Of a stretch of 32,000 nucleotides of DNA, positions 1 to 9,026 are shown piece by piece (the first letter of the stretch is position 1; the number at the start of each line of letters is the position of its first letter). A model generated the notes under the pieces. It worked only from the letters and a program-made list of their open reading frames with translations, made no database searches and had not been told where the DNA came from. The position numbers and the translations under genes were made by a program. This stretch comes from Patescibacteria group bacterium (lineage in GTDB: Bacteria > Patescibacteriota > Patescibacteriia > 2-01-FULL-39-33). Location of the stretch: assembly GCA_041649575.1 (NCBI GenBank), contig JBAZMW010000001.1, positions 212,908-244,907 on the forward strand. Direction: 5' to 3'.

Positions 1-684
1 GGTCGGGGAGGGGCGCTCTTAATCCCGGCTTTCGCCCTTGAAAGAACGCAGGAAGTTTTGTACGAATTAAATTTTTTGGTGGAAAACAAAATGGTGCCGG
101 CGGTGCCGATTTTTGTCGACAGCCCTTTGGCCATCAAGGTCACTAGTATTTATAAAAAGTACGCCTCGTTTTATGATCAGGAGTCGAGAAAGCTGATTGA
201 GGCTGGTGATGATTTGTTTAATTTTCCAGGCTTGGTTTATACGCCGACAGTGGAAGAATCGAAAAAGATTAATATTACACCGGCGCCAAAAGTGATTTTG
301 GCCGGCAACGGCATGGCTAACGGCGGCCGCATTCCCTACCACTTGAAACTAAATCTGGACAATCCTAACAACCAGCTGTTGATTATTGCCTATCAGGTGG
401 CCGGATCCTTGGGCAGGCAGCTCTTGGATGGCGCAGAAAAAGTGATTATCGACGGGGCAGAAGTAAGAGTCAGAGCTAAAGTGACGGCCATTGGTTCTTA
501 TTCTTCCCATGCCGACGGGCCCACCCTGCTGCATTGGCTGGAAAAAATAAAGCAGCCGAAACCCAGGCAGATTTTTGTAGTGCATGGCGAAAAAGAGTCA
601 AACTTCATGTTGGCCGACAAAATCAAAGAAAAATTAGGAATTTCGGCGACGGTTCCCGAGCCCGGCCGAATTTATGAAATTTAA
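1..684 (+). CDS. MBL-fold / beta-CASP RNA-processing metallo-hydrolase, C-terminal part (5' truncated by window)
   Basis: Open frame runs from base 1 (GRGGALLIPAFALERTQEVLYELN...), followed by VDSPLAIKVT, GNGMANGGRI, GSYSSHADG and FVVHGEK, typical of the beta-CASP/RMMBL C-terminal half. The track's TTG start at 58 is internal. Confidence 0.88.
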   Translation, partial: GRGGALLIPAFALERTQEVLYELNFLVENKMVPAVPIFVDSPLAIKVTSIYKKYASFYDQESRKLIEAGDDLFNFPGLVYTPTVEESKKINITPAPKVILAGNGMANGGRIPYHLKLNLDNPNNQLLIIAYQVAGSLGRQLLDGAEKVIIDGAEVRVRAKVTAIGSYSSHADGPTLLHWLEKIKQPKPRQIFVVHGEKESNFMLADKIKEKLGISATVPEPGRIYEI

Positions 685-748
685 AAACCGCTTGCCTATT
701 AATCATCAAAGTTATAAAATAAGAAAAAGATAATTAACAAACAACAAT

Positions 749-1507
749 ATGGAAAATTTCAAATCACCCAAGGCGATTATAGCCCTTTTGGCGTTAATCG
801 CCATTACGGCGGTAGTTATCATTTCGATTTTAAGAGATAGAATCGTTAACCAGCAGCCTTGGCAGGTGGCGGTCGTCGGCCAAGGCAAGGTGGCTTATCA
901 GCCGGACATTGCCGATGTCACTTTGGGGGTACAAATAGACAAGGTGGCCAAGGCGGAAAACGCCCTAAATCAGTTGAATGACAAAGTTAATAAAATTATC
1001 GCGGCCGTAAAGGCGGCCGGCATTCCGCCGGAAGATATTCAGACTCAAAATTATTCTCTTTATCCGCAATATGATTCGCCAGACAATGTCATGAGTCTAT
1101 CGGGGTACAATGCCAATCAGCAGCTATTAATAAAAGTCAGGGGCATAGACAAGGAACCAGAGAGGGTCAGTAAGGTGGTGGCGGAAGCCACTAAGGCCGG
1201 AGTCAATCAAGTGGTGGGAGTAAGTTTTGATGTCTCTAATTTGGAAGAATTAAAGCAACAGGCGAGAATCAAGGCCATAGGCGATGCGCAAATCAAGGCC
1301 AGCAGTCTGGCCGCGGCGGCCAGAGTGAGATTGGGCAAGGTTATTGGTTGGTGGGAAAATATAATTCAAGCGCCAGGAATAGGTAATGCTTATTATGGTG
1401 ATAAGGGAGGCATGGGAGGCGGACTGGGCACGGGAGCGACGTCTTCATTGCCGACCGGCAGTCAAGAAGTTATTTTAGAAATCAACCTTAATTATCAGGT
1501 TAGATAA
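749..1507 (+). CDS. SIMPL (DUF541) domain-containing secreted/membrane protein
   Basis: N-terminal TM segment, then VVGQGKVAYQPDIADVTLGVQ..., LNDKVNKIIAAVKAAGIPPEDIQTQNYSLYPQY, typical SIMPL/YggE-like pattern. Confidence 0.88.
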   Translation: MENFKSPKAIIALLALIAITAVVIISILRDRIVNQQPWQVAVVGQGKVAYQPDIADVTLGVQIDKVAKAENALNQLNDKVNKIIAAVKAAGIPPEDIQTQNYSLYPQYDSPDNVMSLSGYNANQQLLIKVRGIDKEPERVSKVVAEATKAGVNQVVGVSFDVSNLEELKQQARIKAIGDAQIKASSLAAAARVRLGKVIGWWENIIQAPGIGNAYYGDKGGMGGGLGTGATSSLPTGSQEVILEINLNYQVR

Positions 1508-1533
1508 ATTGTATAAAAAAGTTATTAAAAATG

Positions 1534-1559
1534 ACTCCGTTAAAACGGAGTTATTTTTT
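1534..1559 (+). terminator. Intrinsic terminator after SIMPL gene
   Basis: ACTCCGTT-aa-AACGGAGT followed by TTATTTTTT. Confidence 0.85.
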
Positions 1560-1597
1560 GACAAAATTAATAAAAAATGTAAAAATATCAGATAAAT

Positions 1598-1631
1598 GGG
1601 CTTATGGTCTAGTGGTATGACGCCACATTCG
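1598..1631 (+). pseudogene. tRNA-like 5' half (acceptor strand, D-arm, anticodon-stem 5' strand)
   Basis: GGGCTTA-TG-GTC TAGTGGTAT GAC-G-CCACA-TTCG resembles a tRNA 5' half, but no matching anticodon-stem 3' strand follows. Confidence 0.4.
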
Positions 1632-1644
1632 TCCCGCCCCTTTT

Positions 1645-1718
1645 GGGCTCGTAGCTCAGTTGGCTAGAGCGCCGCATTCGCATTGCGGAGGTCAGGGGTC
1701 CGACTCCCCTCGAGTCCA
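1645..1718 (+). tRNA. tRNA-Ala (anticodon CGC)
   Basis: Complete cloverleaf: GGGCTCG/CGAGTCC acceptor with G3-U70, GCTC/GAGC D-stem, CCGCA-TTCGCAT-TGCGG anticodon arm, AGGGG-TCCGACT-CCCCT T-arm. C replaces the usual U55. Confidence 0.9.
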
Positions 1719-1742
1719 AAAGGAGCGGGATGGAGGCGGCAG

Positions 1743-1762
1743 CCTGCCTGCCGGCAGGCAGG
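1743..1762. repeat. 20-bp perfect palindrome CCTGCCTGCCGGCAGGCAGG
   Basis: Reads identically on both strands; lies between tRNA-Ala and tRNA-Val. Confidence 0.95.
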
Positions 1763-1786
1763 TTTGATTCGGTCTAGATCCAATTG

Positions 1787-1860
<74 letters not shown>

Positions 1861-1875
1861 ATGATTATTTTTTTC

Positions 1876-2823
1876 ATGTTTAAGCGACATTCAAAAATTT
1901 TTTATTTTATTTTTTTTCTGGCCGGGGTAGCGGTTTTTTTATTATTGGCCAGCCCGAGTCTGTCCTCAAAAGTCAAGCCGTTTTTTGTAAAGCCAGCCGT
2001 TGAAAAATCAGCTGATAGCTTGGAAGGCAGGGAAACGGAGAGCGCGGAAATATCAAAGATTTTTGGGGCGGCTATTAACACGGCCACTACCACAGCCACC
2101 ACTCATAGTCAAGCTCGATCGTTTAGTGAAACAAAAACAGCAAAAAAAATATCTCTGGAGTTGCCCATCCTCATCTATCATCATATCGACAAACTACCAC
2201 AGAAAACTGCTTACCCGGGTTTGTTCAATGATCCGGCTGTTTTTGAGCAACAGTTGATTGCTTTGAAAAATGATGGTTACCAAACGATTTTTTTGAAAGA
2301 CCTGGCCGAAGCGTTGACAGGCAAAAAACAGCTGCCAGTCAAGTCATTAGCCTTGACTTTTGATGATGGTTATGAAGATTTTTATCAGCAGGCTTTTCCT
2401 TTGCTGAAAAAATATGACAGCAGGGCCACCGTTTTCGTAATTGTTGATTCTTTGAATACTCCCGGGTATTTGACAACAAAACAGCTAAAAGAAATGTCGG
2501 CCAGCGGCTTGGTGAAAATCGGTTCGCACACCTTGAGCCATATTAATTTGAAAATAGCTTCTGATCAGCAGATCAGAGAAGAAATTGTAAACAGCAAAAA
2601 GAAGTTAGAAAAGATTTTGGGTCAGGCGGTCGATGATTTCGCCTATCCTTACGGTTTTTTTAACGGCCGCGATGAGCAAACCGTTAGAGAGGCTGGTTAT
2701 TCCTCGGCCGTGTCCACCAGGATCGGAAAATATCAGAGCCAAAATGATATTTTTTCTCTGCGGCGTCTGCGACCGGGCAATAGGGTGGCCAGCGGATTAT
2801 TAGATTTTTTAAAAGCTTTTTAA
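1876..2823 (+). CDS. Polysaccharide deacetylase family protein with N-terminal TM segment
   Basis: LPILIYHHIDK, LALTFDDGYEDFYQQAFPLLKKYDSRATVFV, IGSHTLSHINL, DDFAYPYG: NodB-homology motifs. Start set to M at 1876 because 1861 abuts the tRNA. Confidence 0.93.
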   Translation: MFKRHSKIFYFIFFLAGVAVFLLLASPSLSSKVKPFFVKPAVEKSADSLEGRETESAEISKIFGAAINTATTTATTHSQARSFSETKTAKKISLELPILIYHHIDKLPQKTAYPGLFNDPAVFEQQLIALKNDGYQTIFLKDLAEALTGKKQLPVKSLALTFDDGYEDFYQQAFPLLKKYDSRATVFVIVDSLNTPGYLTTKQLKEMSASGLVKIGSHTLSHINLKIASDQQIREEIVNSKKKLEKILGQAVDDFAYPYGFFNGRDEQTVREAGYSSAVSTRIGKYQSQNDIFSLRRLRPGNRVASGLLDFLKAF

Positions 2824-2839
2824 TTCTTATGAAAAATCA

Positions 2840-2915
2840 TGCTAAAGTCGGCGGGCGCAAAGGTCTGCCGGGATACCGGACACCTTCGAGCTTTAGGTTT
2901 CGTAAAGACTTAGCA
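2840..2915 (+). ncRNA. Candidate structured element (multi-helix)
   Basis: Closing helix TGCTAA(A)GTC/GACTTAGCA; internal AAGGT-ctg-CCGG-gata-CCGG-ac-ACCTT; CTTTA-ggtttcg-TAAAG. Confidence 0.35.
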
Positions 2916-2951
2916 GTAAAAAGCTTGAAAGCTTTTAAAAGGGTTAAATAG

Positions 2952-2980
2952 TTGTCAGGAGGCACAGAGTTTGTTATACT
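2952..2980 (+). promoter_or_regulatory. Sigma70-like promoter upstream of uvrB
   Basis: TTGTCA-N17-TATACT. Confidence 0.65.
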
Positions 2981-3036
2981 AGTCCCTAGCCGACCAAAGC
3001 ACGGTGATTTTTGCGTATATTTGCGTATATAAGTTA

Positions 3037-3235
3037 TTTTTTCTTTTCTAGGAAAAGAAAAAGCTAACAAAAAGAAAAGTCGCGAGCTAGATGAAAATTT
3101 GGCGCTTCAAGTCAAAATCCTAACAAAATTTTATAACTCCTCGCTTCGCTCGTCAAACAGATGAAACTTAGTAACGAATTTTGACTTACGCTTATCCCAA
3201 ATTTTCATAGGCTCGCAAAATAAGAAAACAATTTT
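3037..3235 (+). repeat. Inverted-repeat element, copy A
   Basis: TTCTTTTCTAGGAAAAGAA hairpin, then AAAAAGCTAACAAAAAGAAAAGTCGCGAGCTA, nested arms ATGAAAATTTGG/CCAAATTTTCAT and AGTCAAAAT/ATTTTGACT, ends GCTCGCAAAATAA; related to copy B at 17217-17433. Confidence 0.6.
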
Positions 3236-3240
3236 TAATA

Positions 3241-5079
3241 ATGTCAGGAAAATTATTTAAATTAAAATCTAAATTTGCCCCAGCGGGCGATCAGCCTCAA
3301 GCGATTGAGAAGCTTTGGCATGGCCTTGAGAAAGGGGATGCTTTTCAAACGCTGCTGGGCGTTACGGGGTCAGGCAAAACTTTTACCATGGCCAATTTGA
3401 TAGCCCGACTAGATCGTCCAGTACTAGTGATGGCGCCGAACAAGGCTTTGGCGGCCCAGCTTTATCGCGAGTATAAAAATTTTTTTCCGGAAAACAGTGT
3501 TAATTATTTTGTGTCTTACTATGATTATTATCAGCCGGAAGCGTACCTGCCGACGACTGATACTTATATCGACAAAGAAGCGATGATTAATGAAGAGATA
3601 GATCGTTTGCGGCACCAGGCCACTTCGGCTTTGTTGTCGCGACGGGATGTGATCGTGGTGGCCTCGGTTTCCTGTATTTACAACCTGGGTCTGCCGGAAA
3701 GCTATTTGGAGTCGCGTCTGCATTTGACGGTCGGCCAGCCGATTGTTCGCGCCGATCTGATTCGCCAACTGGTCAAAATCCAGTTTACCCGGACTCCTGG
3801 TGAGCTGAAACGCGGGACTTTTAGGGTGCGCGGTGATGTTTTTGAGATTATGCCGGCAGCGGCGCAGGTGGTTTACAGAGTAGAATTAGCGGAGCAAAAA
3901 ATAAAAGAAATTCACATTATCAATCAATTGACAAGAAAAAGATTGGCAAGTTTGTTCGAGCTTGTTGTTTTTCCGCCCAAACACTTTGTTTCTTCCAAGC
4001 CGGAAATCGAAAGAGCCATTAAAGATATTAAATTAGAATTGAAAGACAGATTGAAATACTTTAATAAAAAAAATTTATATTTGGAGACGGAGCGACTAGA
4101 GCGGCGCACTCGTTATGATATGGAAATGTTGAAAAGTATCGGTTATTGCCATGGCATCGAGAATTATTCGCGTCATTTGACTGGCAAACTGTCGGGTGAA
4201 GCGCCGGAGACATTACTAGCCTATTTTCCTAAAGATAAGAAAGGCCAGCCAGACTTTTTGACTATTATGGATGAATCACATATCGGCTTACCGCAAGTGC
4301 GAGGCATGTACGCTGGCGATCGAAGTAGAAAAGAAGTTTTAGCGCAGTATGGTTGGCGATTGCCCTCCGCTTTGGATAATCGGCCACTGACTTTTGACGA
4401 GTTTTTGCGGCGTATTGGCCAAACTATTTTTACTTCAGCGACTCCGGGTGATTGGGAAATTAAGCATTCGACTCAAGTGGCGGAGCAGGTGATTCGGCCG
4501 ACCGGACTAATTGATCCGCCAGTAGAGGTAAGGCCGGTTTTTGACAAAAAGAATAATTACAGTCAGGTTGATGATGTGATTAAAGAAGCTAGAAAAATAG
4601 TAAAGCAGGGTGAGCGGGCGATTATTAATACTTTAACTAAGAAGCAAGCTGAGGATTTGGATAATTATTTGCGCGGCAAGGGAATCAAATCCGATTACTT
4701 GCACAGCGACATTAATACGATCCAGCGCACCGAAATTCTAATGAATTTCCGCAAAGGCAGGTTCGATGTTTTAATCGGCGTCAATTTGCTCCGGGAAGGC
4801 CTGGATTTGCCGGAAGTGACTTTAGTGGCTATTTTGGATGCGGATAGGGAAGGATTTTTGCGCAGCGAGGTATCGCTAATGCAAACCATGGGTCGGGCGG
4901 CCAGAAATGTCACCGGCAAGGTAATTTTGTATGCTGATAATCTGACCGGTTCGATTAGAAGGGCGATAAAAGAGGTAGCCAGAAGGCGTAAATTACAAAT
5001 GGAATACAACAAGCAACACGGCATTCGGCCGGAGACAATTATCAAAGAGATTGAAAATTTTTTGGATATTGAAAATTAA
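3241..5079 (+). CDS. uvrB: Excinuclease ABC subunit UvrB
   Basis: FAPAGDQPQAIEKL, LLGVTGSGKTFTMAN, YYDYYQPEAYLP, GVNLLREGLDLPEVTLVAILDADREGFLRS. Confidence 0.98.
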   Translation: MSGKLFKLKSKFAPAGDQPQAIEKLWHGLEKGDAFQTLLGVTGSGKTFTMANLIARLDRPVLVMAPNKALAAQLYREYKNFFPENSVNYFVSYYDYYQPEAYLPTTDTYIDKEAMINEEIDRLRHQATSALLSRRDVIVVASVSCIYNLGLPESYLESRLHLTVGQPIVRADLIRQLVKIQFTRTPGELKRGTFRVRGDVFEIMPAAAQVVYRVELAEQKIKEIHIINQLTRKRLASLFELVVFPPKHFVSSKPEIERAIKDIKLELKDRLKYFNKKNLYLETERLERRTRYDMEMLKSIGYCHGIENYSRHLTGKLSGEAPETLLAYFPKDKKGQPDFLTIMDESHIGLPQVRGMYAGDRSRKEVLAQYGWRLPSALDNRPLTFDEFLRRIGQTIFTSATPGDWEIKHSTQVAEQVIRPTGLIDPPVEVRPVFDKKNNYSQVDDVIKEARKIVKQGERAIINTLTKKQAEDLDNYLRGKGIKSDYLHSDINTIQRTEILMNFRKGRFDVLIGVNLLREGLDLPEVTLVAILDADREGFLRSEVSLMQTMGRAARNVTGKVILYADNLTGSIRRAIKEVARRRKLQMEYNKQHGIRPETIIKEIENFLDIEN

Positions 5080-5386
5080 AACCCGCAGGCTGGAGTGCTT
5101 GCGGTGTTAGAGAACAGGGGGGGGGATGTGCTGCTAGCGGGTTAAGGTGCGCGGTGATCCGGAGGTGGGAGGGGGAACTTCGGGTGATTTGATTTGAAGC
5201 CCGAGGAGTCCGTGTTAGAAATGTGCTGGCCGACAACTTTGACCGCGTTGCCGACTTCCTGGTAACAGCCCAGGGCGAAGTTATGAGGAAGAAGAGGGGC
5301 GTTAGGGTTAGGATCAGTCCCAAAAACAGAGCCATCACGCAACCTTTGGGGGGAGGCCCTAGTGGCGTTTCATTGGTGTTTTCCAT
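5042..5386 (-). CDS. Small hypothetical membrane protein; C-terminal end uncertain
   Basis: Start MENTNETPLGPPPKG with upstream AAGGAG and TTGACA-N16-TATAAT promoter. The ORF runs through a terminator-like hairpin and overlaps the uvrB end. Confidence 0.4.
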   Translation of the reverse strand: MENTNETPLGPPPKGCVMALFLGLILTLTPLFFLITSPWAVTRKSATRSKLSASTFLTRTPRASNQITRSSPSHLRITAHLNPLAAHPPPCSLTPQALQPAGFNFQYPKNFQSL

Positions 5387-5427
5387 GATCAGTCTCCTTG
5401 TGGGGTTAATGTACGCATTGATAGTTA

Positions 5428-5455
5428 ATTATATTGTTTAATAGTAATTTGTCAA
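5428..5455 (-). promoter_or_regulatory. Promoter for - strand gene at 5386
   Basis: Reverse strand TTGACA-N16-TATAAT. Confidence 0.7.
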
Positions 5456-5468
5456 TAAAAAAAAGAGT

Positions 5469-5507
5469 CCCCGAAAACCAGTCTTCCGCGAAGACCGGTT
5501 TTCGGGG
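5469..5507 (-). terminator. Intrinsic terminator of - strand gene 5524-5724
   Basis: CCCCGAAAACC-A-GTCTTC / GAAGAC-C-GGTTTTCGGGG hairpin, T-rich tract on the - strand side. Confidence 0.75.
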
Positions 5508-5523
5508 GGTTTGTCAACCTTGT

Positions 5524-5724
5524 CTAACTGACAAGAGCGAGCGGCTGAGCAACGGACGTACACTCATATGGATACGCCCAGCGCTTGCCAGCCAGGCCAG
5601 CAAAGTGAAGAGTCAGAAAGTCTCCTGGCTCGGCGACGACACTAGCTGTCTTGCCGTTAAGTTTGTTTCCTCCTTGAGCTGAATTGAAGATGACGGTTCT
5701 GTTCTGGCGATGTGTTTCACTCAC
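5524..5724 (-). CDS. Small hypothetical protein (GTG start)
   Basis: GGAG 8 nt upstream of GTG, downstream terminator, upstream TTGACA at ~5785. Confidence 0.55.
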   Translation of the reverse strand: MSETHRQNRTVIFNSAQGGNKLNGKTASVVAEPGDFLTLHFAGLAGKRWAYPYECTSVAQPLALVS

Positions 5725-5802
5725 AGCTGTTTCTCCTCATAGTTGTTGACAGAAAATGGAGCTTCTGTAGTGTATTACATAATAAGAATTTTGTCAAATA
5801 TT

Positions 5803-8496
5803 ATGCAAGAAAAAATAATTATTCGCGGTGCGCGGGTGCATAACCTGAAGAATATTTCCTTGGAAATACCGCACAATAAGTTGACGGTGATGACCGGAGT
5901 CTCGGGAAGCGGCAAATCTTCCTTGGCTTTTGATACTATTTTTGCCGAAGGTCAAAGGCGTTATATCGAATCATTATCGCCTTACGCGCGGCAATTTCTG
6001 GGACAGATGAAGCCGGCCGATGTGGACGAGATTATTGGTTTGGCGCCAGCCATTTCCATTGATCAAAAAGCGCTTTCTCACAATCCACGCTCCACAGTCG
6101 GCACGCTGACCGAGATTTATGATTATTTACGCGTGCTTTATGCGCGACTAGGGGAGGTGTTTTGTCCTAAATGCGGGCACAAGATCGAAAAATTGGCCCT
6201 GGATGAGATGTTAGACATTATTATTAATCGCGCTAAAGAGAGTAAGGCAGAGTATGTGACTATTCTATCGCCGGTAGTAATAGATAGAAAGGGAGAGTAT
6301 TACCAATTGCTTTATGATTATTTAAATCTTGGTTATGGGGAGGCGCGGATTGATGGGGAGCTTCATTCTTTGCATGAAAAAGTCAAACTAGCCAGATATA
6401 AGAAACACAGTATTGAAATAGTGATTGACAAGGTGATGACTCGCCCTGTTAAATCCGGCGAAGCCGGACCATTAGAAATAGTATTTAACAGGGTAAATGA
6501 TGAGGGTCGGCTGTCGGAAGCAGTGGAAAATGCCATGTCTTATAGTAAGGGGTTAGCAATAGCTGTCTTTGGCAAAGAAGAAACTTTGTTGTCAGCTAAT
6601 TGGACCTGCCCCAATGACGGCTTTGCTTTTCCCGAGGTGGAACCGCGATTGTTTTCTTTCAACTCACCACACGGCGCTTGTCCGGAGTGTCACGGCTTGG
6701 GCAGAAAAGAAAAGTGGGTTTTAAGGCAAAAAGAAAGTGAAGATGATGATAATGAAAATAAATATGAATATCAAGTGGAAGAGTGTGCTGTTTGCCAAGG
6801 TAAACGGTTGAAGCCGGAAGCTTTGTCGGTTAAGGTAAATGATAAAAATATTAATGAGGTTTGCCTGTTACCCTTAGATAAGGCGGCTAAGTTTTTTGAA
6901 AGTTATTATAATAAAATGACCGAGCGACAGAAAACTATTGCCGAGGATGTGGTGATGGAGATTAGTCAGCGCTTGGATTTTTTGCTTAAGGTCGGGTTGA
7001 ATTATTTATCGTTAAGCCGGGAGGCGGAGACGCTCTCGGGCGGCGAGGCGCAAAGGATTCGTCTGTCTAGTCAGATAGGCTCGCATTTGTCGCATACTCT
7101 ATATGTTCTTGACGAGCCGACTATCGGCTTGCATGAGCGTGACACAGACAGATTAATTGAAACCCTAAAGTCGTTGCGAGACCAAAACAATACGGTAATT
7201 GTAGTGGAGCACGACGAGCGGACTATTCTGGCCTCTGATTATTTGGTCGATTTGGGACCGCTGGCCGGACGGCACGGTGGTGAAGTGACGGCCATAGGAG
7301 AGACTAAAAAACTTCTCTCTGGTGTCATTGCGAGGAGCGAAGCGACGAAGCAATCTCGTGGCAAAGAGAATGGGATTGCCACCAGTCTCGCCGAGCCAAG
7401 GCGGACGCTCCCTGTGGTCGCTCGCAATGACAGTTTAACATTGCAATATCTGCGTGGCGATAAAAAAATCGATTTAGACAGAACCAGGCGGCACAAAGAC
7501 AGCGAGGCGATAAAAATTATTGGCGCTCGAGCAAATAATTTGAAGAATATTAATGTCGATATACCACTGCGAAAATTGGTGGTGATTACCGGCGTATCTG
7601 GTAGCGGTAAGTCGTCTTTGCTTTATGATGTTTTGTATAATAATGTGGTTAAAATCAAGCATGGTTTTCGTAAAGATTTAGTTGAGGTGGCCAAAATTTT
7701 GGGCACGGAATATGTTAATAAAATCGTGATTGTGAATCAGTCGCCCATCGGCCGCACGCCGCGTTCTAATCCGGCCACTTACACAGGAATTTTTACGCCC
7801 ATCAGGGAGTTTTTCAGCCAGTTACCCGAAGCCAGAGAGCGTGGCTATACGCTCTCCAGATTTTCTTTCAATCGTCCAGGCGGCCGTTGCGAGTCTTGCG
7901 ATGGAGCTGGTTTTAATTTGATTGAAATGCATTTTCTGCCGGCAGTGCTGGTGGAATGCGAGGTTTGCCACGGCAAGAGATTTAATCGCGAAACATTGCA
8001 GGTGAAGTACAAAAAGAAAAACATTGCCGAGGTTTTGGATCTGACAATCGAGGAAGCCATAGGATTTTTCGACGGCCAATATTTGATCACCGACAAACTA
8101 AAGGTTTTAGATGAAGTCGGTTTGGGATATTTGCGTTTGGGCCAATCGGCGACCACGCTTTCTGGCGGTGAGGCGCAAAGAATAAAACTAGCCAGGGAAT
8201 TGACGCATACGCTCGGTTCAAAAACTTTGTATTTATTGGATGAACCGTCGGTTGGTTTGCATTATTATGATATAGAGCTGTTGCTTCAGGTTTTAAATAA
8301 ATTAATTGATAGAGGAAATAGCGTGGCGCTCATCGAACATAATATGCACATTATCAAAGAAGCCGATTATATTATCGATTTGGGGCCGGAAGGCGGCGAA
8401 GGAGGCGGCAAGGTGGTGGCACAGGGCGCGCCGGAAAAAATTGTTGATAGTAAGGGGAGTCTGACGGGAGAATATTTAAAGGGGTATTTGAAATAA
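5803..8496 (+). CDS. uvrA: Excinuclease ABC subunit UvrA
   Basis: [122 protein letters not shown]. Start corrected from 5743. Confidence 0.97.
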   Translation: MQEKIIIRGARVHNLKNISLEIPHNKLTVMTGVSGSGKSSLAFDTIFAEGQRRYIESLSPYARQFLGQMKPADVDEIIGLAPAISIDQKALSHNPRSTVGTLTEIYDYLRVLYARLGEVFCPKCGHKIEKLALDEMLDIIINRAKESKAEYVTILSPVVIDRKGEYYQLLYDYLNLGYGEARIDGELHSLHEKVKLARYKKHSIEIVIDKVMTRPVKSGEAGPLEIVFNRVNDEGRLSEAVENAMSYSKGLAIAVFGKEETLLSANWTCPNDGFAFPEVEPRLFSFNSPHGACPECHGLGRKEKWVLRQKESEDDDNENKYEYQVEECAVCQGKRLKPEALSVKVNDKNINEVCLLPLDKAAKFFESYYNKMTERQKTIAEDVVMEISQRLDFLLKVGLNYLSLSREAETLSGGEAQRIRLSSQIGSHLSHTLYVLDEPTIGLHERDTDRLIETLKSLRDQNNTVIVVEHDERTILASDYLVDLGPLAGRHGGEVTAIGETKKLLSGVIARSEATKQSRGKENGIATSLAEPRRTLPVVARNDSLTLQYLRGDKKIDLDRTRRHKDSEAIKIIGARANNLKNINVDIPLRKLVVITGVSGSGKSSLLYDVLYNNVVKIKHGFRKDLVEVAKILGTEYVNKIVIVNQSPIGRTPRSNPATYTGIFTPIREFFSQLPEARERGYTLSRFSFNRPGGRCESCDGAGFNLIEMHFLPAVLVECEVCHGKRFNRETLQVKYKKKNIAEVLDLTIEEAIGFFDGQYLITDKLKVLDEVGLGYLRLGQSATTLSGGEAQRIKLARELTHTLGSKTLYLLDEPSVGLHYYDIELLLQVLNKLIDRGNSVALIEHNMHIIKEADYIIDLGPEGGEGGGKVVAQGAPEKIVDSKGSLTGEYLKGYLK
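7323..7432. repeat. Palindromic-end repeat inserted in frame within uvrA
   Basis: TGTCATTGCGAG...CTCGCAATGACA ends; translated as [11 protein letters not shown]...VVARND inside the UvrA reading frame. Confidence 0.85.
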
Positions 8497-8517
8497 AACT
8501 GGTCTATAAAACCAAAC

Positions 8518-8550
8518 ATCCCTACCTGACAAGTCAAGATAGGGATTTTT
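8518..8550 (+). terminator. Terminator after uvrA
   Basis: ATCCCTA...TAGGGAT followed by TTTT. Confidence 0.7.
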
Positions 8551-8635
8551 GATTTCCTGTTACGGAAATCTCAGAGGTCGGGCCAGTACCTCTATTTAGC
8601 ATTTTCATGCCGGCCTTATTGTGCGTTCGCCCGCT

Positions 8636-8824
8636 CTACGACTCGAGCAGTTGGCGCAACAGTTGTTGTGCTTTTCTCTGTCTCCGCGACTTAATAAGAG
8701 CCAAGACGACGGAAGAGGAATTAAGCACTTTAGTCTGTGGAGCTCCCTCCAATATCTCACTTTCCTCTTTTGTGAGTTCGGGTGATGTCAGTTGGAGGAT
8801 CTGTTTTACAACACTCTGGTTCAT
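8636..8824 (-). CDS. Small hypothetical protein
   Basis: MNQSVVKQILQLTSPELTKEESEIL...; GGAG upstream of ATG; consensus promoter upstream. Confidence 0.6.
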   Translation of the reverse strand: MNQSVVKQILQLTSPELTKEESEILEGAPQTKVLNSSSVVLALIKSRRQRKAQQLLRQLLES

Positions 8825-8911
8825 GGCGTAGCTCCTTTTTTACACCGTTTCGGTTTAGAGTACACAAGCACTGTTGCTTGTGGGCTCAGTTGTCAGTGTT
8901 ACGACTTATTT

Positions 8912-8940
8912 ATCATAGCATATAATAATATTTTTGTCAA
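8912..8940 (-). promoter_or_regulatory. Promoter for - strand gene 8636-8824
   Basis: Reverse strand TTGACA-N17-TATGAT. Confidence 0.75.
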
Positions 8941-9026
8941 GTATATTTACTATTTTTATTGAAAATAGTGGTTATTTTTGGCTAAAATTATTTTAAAAAA
9001 TCTATATAAATGTTAATATATATGAA

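Noticed and set aside
2837-3070. 77-aa - strand ORF
   Set aside because: Covers the structured element and the opposite-strand promoter; no SD.
7165-7496. Antisense ORFs 7165-7353 and 7239-7496
   Set aside because: Antisense to uvrA and the palindromic repeat; composition is repeat translation (e.g. [10 protein letters not shown]).
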